Position numbers and translations under genes: made by a program. Of a DNA stretch of 43,138 nt, positions 36,460 through 43,138 are shown one piece after another. This DNA is from Octopus bimaculoides (lineage: Eukaryota). The first letter of the stretch is position 1. Each line of letters opens with the position of its first letter. The DNA lies in assembly GCF_001194135.2 (NCBI RefSeq), contig NC_068982.1, forward strand, positions 183,447,957 to 183,491,094, in the 5' to 3' direction. The notes under the pieces were generated by a model. That model did no database searches. It was not told the DNA's origin and worked only from the letters and a program-made list of their open reading frames with translations.

Positions 36460-37020
36460 AAGGTGGGGACCACAGAAATGGTAAATGGTTTACGGCACAA
36501 AAGAAATCACTTTGAATTATTTAAAATAGCATTCGAAGTGGTTTATATGATCGGAAATATAATTTCCAAGTCTTCCTGGTGTCATAATGAGGATCTGATC
36601 AAAGACTTTGCAAATTATCCCAGTAGAATTCCTTTCTTACTCATGTCTTTTTCACAAAAGTTCAAGAGGAACATTAAGTAGTGGTATCACCCTCACCAGT
36701 TTTGGAGGACCTGTGAAGACCATGAACACTTCTCCTTTCTTCAGACCCAGCAAATCAAAAAGTTCTGTGACTTGACGAACGACTTCATGTACATCAATCA
36801 ATTTAGCTTTCTTTAGATGTAGTTAAAATGTTCGTGCATGTATTAGTGAGACCGTTCTAGAGGCAGGAGCTATATTCTATTATAAGTACCACTTGAACTT
36901 CGAATAGGGTTAACAGTTGTACGTAAATGAAGTATTTTATGGCTCTGGAGAAAGGCTATCTTCGAAATGTAGCCTTTGCTATGTTGAAGTTTGATCGGCA
37001 ACAGAATGTAACACCAAAAG
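36460..37020 (-). mobile_element. Highly decayed LINE RT-region remnants
   Basis: Fragments such as FSRAIKYFIYVQLLTLFEVQVVLIIEYSSCL and TGIICKVFDQIL resemble the post-RT and early RT segments of CR1/L2-type LINEs. Their order appears scrambled. Confidence 0.4.
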
Positions 37021-37069
37021 CATAAAACATTAATAATTTACCATCTGCTCTACTCCATCCTTATGAATA

Positions 37070-38060
37070 GCATATATGTACTCTTTCATCATTTTGTGTA
37101 GCTTACTTATTTCACTGAACTTATGAAGGAAATAGCAACTGAAGCAAGTTTTCTTGAGCCATTTTCATGTTTTTAAGAAAACTACAAGTAAAGCATTAGG
37201 GTATGTTGCTAAGTTTAATCTCATTTTACCTATGGCGGCCATTGTACATGTTTCGCATCATGTTATTCATGTTTGTCGTTTCACAGTGTAAAGTTAGTAT
37301 GGAAATTCTCAGGTGGCTCAGCTATTTTCATATGTACCACCGAAGTTGTTAAAATACTATAGAACTATTTATTGATAGTTGTCCTTATTTTGCCATAATT
37401 GATCTATTTACTTTAAACTGTACCACTATCTTGTGATGTACTGACATTCCTTTTTTTGAGAATCTGTAGAAAACTTTAAGCTTTTTTTTTTATGCTGTCT
37501 TCAGCTAACGTTTTCTTCAAATGCTCTCTCATTTTCATTTGAGTATTTTATTTTAGTTCCCATGTCTTTGAGCGATATTTTAAACTGATTTCTTTTTCTT
37601 TCAGCTGTACGCCCAGGTAACTAATGAGAGATTCATGAGAATATTCTTGTCCATGGAAATTATTTTTATGAACGCCAACATTCCTCACTGAAACCTTTTA
37701 ATGCATCTAGCTGGCATTATTGATGTAAATTACCGCAGTTTTATGTCATTGTCTTGCAAAGAGAAGGTTGGGGATTAGTTTGTCTCATCAGTTTATTTAT
37801 TGTTTTCCAATGAGCTTTGGAAATTTCGATTAAAAGGCTGGAGTGGCTTGGAAGGGCTGGCATATCAGCTACCTTGAACCATACATAGTTAATTCCTCAG
37901 TGTTAAGATCAAAGAAGATTTTTAAGAGTCACCTTCATATTGTGGATTACTTCCACATTATTTGTGAAGCAGAGATCCAGTGTTTTGTTGCTTTTGTTGA
38001 GGCAGCAGACTATAATATCTTCAGCGTATTTTTGAGTGAATGTTATTATTAAACCAAATT
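37070..38060 (-). mobile_element. Degenerate CR1/L2/Jockey-group LINE (end of the endonuclease, linker, start of the RT)
   Basis: The minus strand gives NKTLDLCFTNNVEVIHNMKV (the end of an APE domain), a lysine-rich linker, and MAAIGKMRLNLATYPNALLVVFLKT, which resembles the A.GPD...A..LK motif before the RT. It has many stops. Confidence 0.65.
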
Positions 38061-38594
38061 AGATTCAAATAATATAGTACACTTTACACTGACATATATC
38101 TCACGTTAGCAGAATATTTTAACGTCGCTATATCAAATTTGCCAATTATCAGACAATATAATAAATTAAAGGATATAATTACCAATCGAAAGTTTGGTAA
38201 TTAAAGCAACCGACAACTGCAAAAATTTTAAACAATTGTTGACAAACGCCAAGTTTGACAGAAGTAGCAATGATAAAAACTTCAAAGTATTCAAGTCAAA
38301 ATGACAAACGTCATGGCACATGTCAATTTATAGATGCTGATCATTAACTCAGCCCAAAGATCGCACGAAAAATATTTATAAATGTAAATATGAAGTAGGA
38401 AAGAAATTTGATTTACTATATCGAACGTCTGAATTGTGAAAAAAAAATATATTAACCAAACTGGAAAATCATTATCATAACGTATGCAAGAACACAGACA
38501 GCAAATTAAAGACCCTCATATCACAACGATCCTTTTTAGGAGTCATTTGAAGATATACAGTAATAAGTTTCTTTTAATATTCCCACTTGTTAAT

Positions 38595-38808
38595 GCGGCG
38601 AGCTTACAGAATCGTTAGCCCGCCGGGCACAATGCCTAGCAGCATTTCGTCCGTCTTTACTTTCTGAGTTCAAATTCCGCTGAGGCCGACTTTGCTTTCA
38701 TCCTTTCGGAGAAGATAAAATAAGTACCGGTTGAGTACTGGGGTCAGTTTAATAGACTTACCCCTCCTCCTAAATTGCTGGCCTTGTGCCAAAATTTGAA
38801 ATCAATAT
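38595..38808 (+). mobile_element. SINE family A-related copy (the tail variant also seen at 26813)
   Basis: Contains gagttcaaattccgctgaggccgactttgctttcatcctttcgg...gataaaataagtacc...ggccttgtgccaaaatttgaaa. Confidence 0.8.
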
Positions 38809-39249
38809 TTCCACTTCTTAAACCATTTCGGAATGGACAAATGTACAGTAATATTAATTTGATACAAAAAAATAATATTCACCCAAAAACAGGGGTACTA
38901 CTGTATTATCTCCCTTAACTATGCAACACTAACTCTCAGTCACAGTTGTTGTTGTCATGTAAATACTAAAATGTATATAGTGACAGTTGCTACATAAACA
39001 TTTCTTTGATGATTATTGCAAAACATGAAAATACTTGTGAAAATACAAAATGTAATTAATATCCAGCTAGTTTAGAATTACCAAATATATTATCTGTGCA
39101 CAATTTTACTGACAGTATGTATGTTGTTGGATGTGCAGATCTATGTATGTATGTATGTATGTATGTATGTATGTATGTATTATGTATGTGTAAGCGCATA
39201 CATAAACGCACATGCAAAATACTACAGGCCCTTGTGTATGCGTCACCGT

Positions 39250-39325
<76 letters not shown>

Positions 39326-39331
<6 letters not shown>

Positions 39332-39445
39332 AATATATAAAAGGATAAAGAGAACAATGGTAAAGTTAGAAATATATTTTATGGATCTATAAAATATATT
39401 CCTAACTTTACCATTGTTCTCTTTATCCTTTTATATATTTATACA
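39326..39445. repeat. Near-perfect 120-bp palindrome (60-bp arms, no spacer)
   Basis: Position i pairs with 78771-i. The only mismatches are 39370A/39401C and 39383G/39388T. The centre is GATC. It extends to 39319-39452 with one more mismatch. Confidence 0.97.
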
Positions 39446-40099
39446 TACACACGCTAATACACGACTTATAATCCCCAATCCTGTTCATACAACGACTGGG
39501 GCAAAACTAGTCGGTATACAGCACTTACTCGGTATTACCTGTATCTTTTGGGTTTGGTTAAATCCAATACCCTCCTTAANNNNNNNNNNNNNNNNNNNNN
39601 NNNNNNNNNNNNNNNNNNNNNNNNNNNNNNNNNNNNNNNNNNNNNNNNNNNNNNNNNNNNNNNNNATATATATATATATATATATATACACACGTGTGTG
39701 TGTGTGTGTGTAGATGTATATGGTGTCGTACATTTTGTTTTCTTTTTCCTGTCTCTCATTTCTTATTCGTTTGTATTCTCTTCCATAAAGACCTGAAACG
39801 TCAGATTTTCTTTTCTTTCTTCTTTTGGCGCATTAAACTCCATTGTGCACTTCTTTGTTGTTTTCTGCTGTATATTTCTACGCTTTTCAGGCTCGTGTTT
39901 TCGCCTGTCTGATTCTGCGAGGGTATTTTTCGTTTGCTTCTTTCCTCTTCGCCTCAAATTCTACTCGTACTACTTGTGTGATTTATACACATGCATACAT
40001 ACATACATACATACATACATACATACATACATACATACATACATACATACATACTGTAGTTATAGAAGAAACAATAACTACAAAGCGCTTTTTTCTTGG

Positions 40100-42470
40100 A
40101 GTTATGAATTGGAAACTGATTTATTTAACTGTTATAAAAGAACGAAACAAGACCCCGCCGTTGGCTATATGAATCTATTGTAATCATATTGGGACGATCT
40201 GCATCCGGAATTAAATTATTTTACTGCAAAACAATTACGCCAACAAGCAACATTTGTGGAACATAGAAAGAAAGTTAGTGGATGTAACTTTATTAGAAAA
40301 AGATCTGAAATTAACCTACTCCTAAACAATATAAACGAAAACGTGGACGATGTTAGAACACAACGTGGTTTCACAGTTAGCGATATTTCAACATATACTA
40401 TACTGCCTTCCAGCCAAACTACATTACAGGTTTAAAATAGCTGACGACTATTACGACTATGGTAAATGGCAGGCATAACTGCAGTGTTATATAGCGGTGA
40501 AGTATGCCCTGGCTTTCAAGCACTCTCTCGAAGAGAGAGTATTCTCTACCAAAGTAAGCAAAAGACCACCAGACACGATATTAAAAGCTGTTAACTAAAA
40601 ATTGGAGAGGAGCATTTAAAACAGTGTAATGAACACTCATTCTGGCAGATTAACGTATGCCTATATGCCCTGTCTACTACTGCAGAGCAGTACACAAACG
40701 ACGTTCAAAAAGTAAACAAAACCGAAACAGCGAAAAAAGTGCCATCATGGGTTTTGAAGACAGAGAAAAAGATAATTTACGGAAGACCATCAGCCATGTG
40801 ATGATGCTTATTGCCTGCAAACGAACAAATCACTATACGTCTCACCAGCAAAATGTGAAAAAGGAGATAGAAATAATGTTTGGAGATAACAAAAGGAGGA
40901 CACTCGCTTGCAACTGATCGCCCTCAAGCAAGAGCTAAAAACAGTCAGTGATAAACTCAGACATCGGAAGAGAGTAACCGAGAGAAAAACAATAAACAAA
41001 AAAATATGAACTGGAGCCCGGCGGCGGTGTACAGAGTCACAAGAAGAGAAGCGGTGAACATCATAGAAGTTCTTTTATGAGAAGGCATAGACTCCTTCTG
41101 GAGGAAAATTTGGAGCGAAGAAATGAAGTTTAACCAGGATGCTCTCTGGCTAGAAGAAATTCGATGTTATTGTCCCTGCATTACACCCAAGACATGCAGC
41201 ATTGATAGCGATACCCTTATGATTGTAATCCAGAAACTTCGAGGTGGAAAAGCATCTGAAAGTGACTTGATAGTTGGATACTAGTACAAGAAGCTAACCT
41301 TCTACCGACCATATCTTATCAACCTGTACCAGCAAGCTCTCAATGGAAATAGTACCATACCAAATTTGTTAGCTCTTGCAGAGTCAAAACTGATCCCCAA
41401 ATGCAGAACCATCCACATGGCAATTGCATGCCAGAACTTAATGTATAAAATATATGCAGCATATTTAAACATCTTCCTGGAAGACCATTGTGAAAGTAAT
41501 AACATCATCACAGCAGTACAAGCAGCTGGGAAGAAGGGAGTCTGAGAATGTACCGAGCAATTGTTAATAAACAAAACTGTAATGTCAGAGGTGAGGGCAC
41601 ATAGGAGGAACCTAGTTTCAGTGTGGCTGGACTACAAGAAAGCCTTTAATTCTGTCCCCAACTTATGCATGCGAGAAGCCATTTGACTTGCTAAAGTTCC
41701 GTGAGCTTAGTCAGAGCCATAGCTGACCTGACTTCATTGTGGACTACCATCCTGAAATTAAACACAAGGTGTAATTGTATTATCACTGATAGACTACAGT
41801 ATCGCAAGGCATATTCCAAAGGGAATATGATACTCTGTAATATTATTTATACTCTCTGTAAACCCCTTGTCATTCATGTTAAGGAAGTCTGTAGGATAGC
41901 TCACTCGTTCACAAGGAAGCGGAAATACCAAAATTACACACTGTTTTGTTTTGTTTTTTGTGGATGATTTGAAACTATATGCCAAGAATATGCATGAGAT
42001 GAAAAAGAGCCTTGGCCTGGTTACAACATTTTCAAAGGATATAATGTTGCTGTATGGTTGTGAAAAGAGGGAAAACTGTACACCAGACTAACAACGTCTC
42101 TATCAATGACTTAACTGTTTCCTCTATATCCGATGAGGAATGATACAGGTATCTAGAGGTGGATGAAAACATATTTTACAATGGCACCTGTAACAAAACA
42201 CGTGTCAGTAAGGAATATTACAGCCGAATAACGAAAATGTGGGCCTCGCAACTCTCTGCATTCAATAAAACAGTGGCCCACAATGTGTTTGCAGTGCCAG
42301 TACTCATACCAACATTCGGGTAACTTGATTGAACGCTTGATGAGATACGAGCCATTGATGTGAAAACCTGGAAGATATTAACCAGCACGCATTATTTCTA
42401 CATCAGCAATGACGTAGTTCAGCCTAAAACGAAAACAAGGCGGCAGAGGTTTAACATCGATCCAGACTGC
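40100..42470 (+). mobile_element. Degenerate non-LTR retrotransposon, R4/Dong-like, covering the N-terminal and RT regions; 3' end missing
   Basis: Frame-disrupted translation gives ...IACQNLMYKIY...QAAGKKGV*ECTEQLLINKTV...RNLVSVWLDYKKAFNSVP, FVDDLKLY (about 41957-41980), YRYLEVDE and LKRKQGGRGL (about 42424-42453). These motifs are typical of R4/Dong-type RTs. The left boundary is approximate. Confidence 0.85.
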
Positions 42471-42474
42471 CATT

Positions 42475-42872
42475 CAATGTTCTATAAAATTCCCTTCGGC
42501 AACACCATGGCCTGGATCTCACCAACAAATTCAGGAGTTCTTTTCTTATCAGAACGATCAGAGCGAGTTTTCCGAGCTGCCGTACCTTCGGAATGACCAT
42601 TAGACCCATCTAACTCTTTCCGAATCCTCTGCACTATCCTCACATTGATACCCTGAAATGTTCGTATTGGAGATTCCGGCACGAATGCCAAGCAGTACAG
42701 CATGTTGTTTCCAAATTTCTGGCAGAGTGAATTGCATCATGGTGCTGTTTTTCTCACAGACGGTGCCCAANNNNNNNNNNGCATCATGGTGCTGTTTTTC
42801 TCACAGACGGTGCCCAACTGATCCTACTATACTGTGTAGTCGACAAAATCAAAAACAAACAATGCACATGCG
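42475..42872 (-). mobile_element. Second copy of the same Tc1/mariner family, with a different internal deletion and no TIRs
   Basis: 42660-42870 aligns by eye with 5170-5335 (gcgaatgccaagcagtacagcatg...gaattgcatcatggtgctgtttttctcacaga...aaacaaacaatgc). It encodes the N-terminal segment NVRIVQRIRKELD...ARKTRSDRSDKKRTPEFVGEIQAM. Confidence 0.85.
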
Positions 42873-42943
42873 CGGTATATATATATATGTATATGTGTGT
42901 GTGTGTGTGTGTGTATAAGGTTGTGAAGGAACACACGAGTTGA

Positions 42944-43138
42944 TATCATCATCATCATCATCATCATCGTTTAACGTCCGCTTTCCATGCTAGCATGGGT
43001 TGGACGATTTGACTGAGGACTGGTGAAACCGGATGGCAACACCAGGCTCCAGTCTGATTTGGCAGAGTTTCTACAGCTGGATGCCCTTCCTAACGCCAAC
43101 CACTCAGAGAGTGTAGTGGGTGCTTTTACGTGTCACCC
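42944..43138 (-). mobile_element. Family D retroposon, running off the window end
   Basis: An (ATC)n tail followed by gtttaacgtccgctttccatgctagcatgggttggacg...ggatgcccttcctaacgccaaccac. Confidence 0.85.

Noticed and set aside
17302-37790. CTGATGA hammerhead core motifs at 17302, 29602 and 37784 (minus strand)
   Set aside because: None is followed by a stem II and GAAA with closing stems I/III.

Overview
Animal (eukaryotic) genomic DNA: AT-rich, very dense in microsatellites, with 13 N-gaps totalling about 4.06 kb. The SINE, LINE and Tc1 repertoire resembles that of coleoid cephalopods, most likely Octopus (inferred from recalled repeat families, not searched). Only one protein-coding segment is supportable: a minus-strand exon (32598->32026) encoding an N-terminal SAM domain plus a second conserved box, resembling SAMD5 and the Drosophila SKIP/SASH1-like proteins. 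It ends in a canonical GTAAGT donor. I found no second exon, so about 32 kb of the window is probably one large intron. The rest is decayed or non-autonomous mobile DNA: several tRNA-derived SINE families, R4/Dong-like, CR1-like and RTE-like LINE fragments, two internally deleted Tc1/mariner copies, two hAT MITEs with 8-bp TSDs and a Helentron-type HINE, plus mini- and microsatellites. Almost all ORFs in the supplied track are microsatellite or gap artefacts. I cannot support a new multi-gene system here. The most unexplained structures are a near-perfect 120-bp palindrome (39326-39445) and the splice-versus-read-through choice at the end of the SAM exon.
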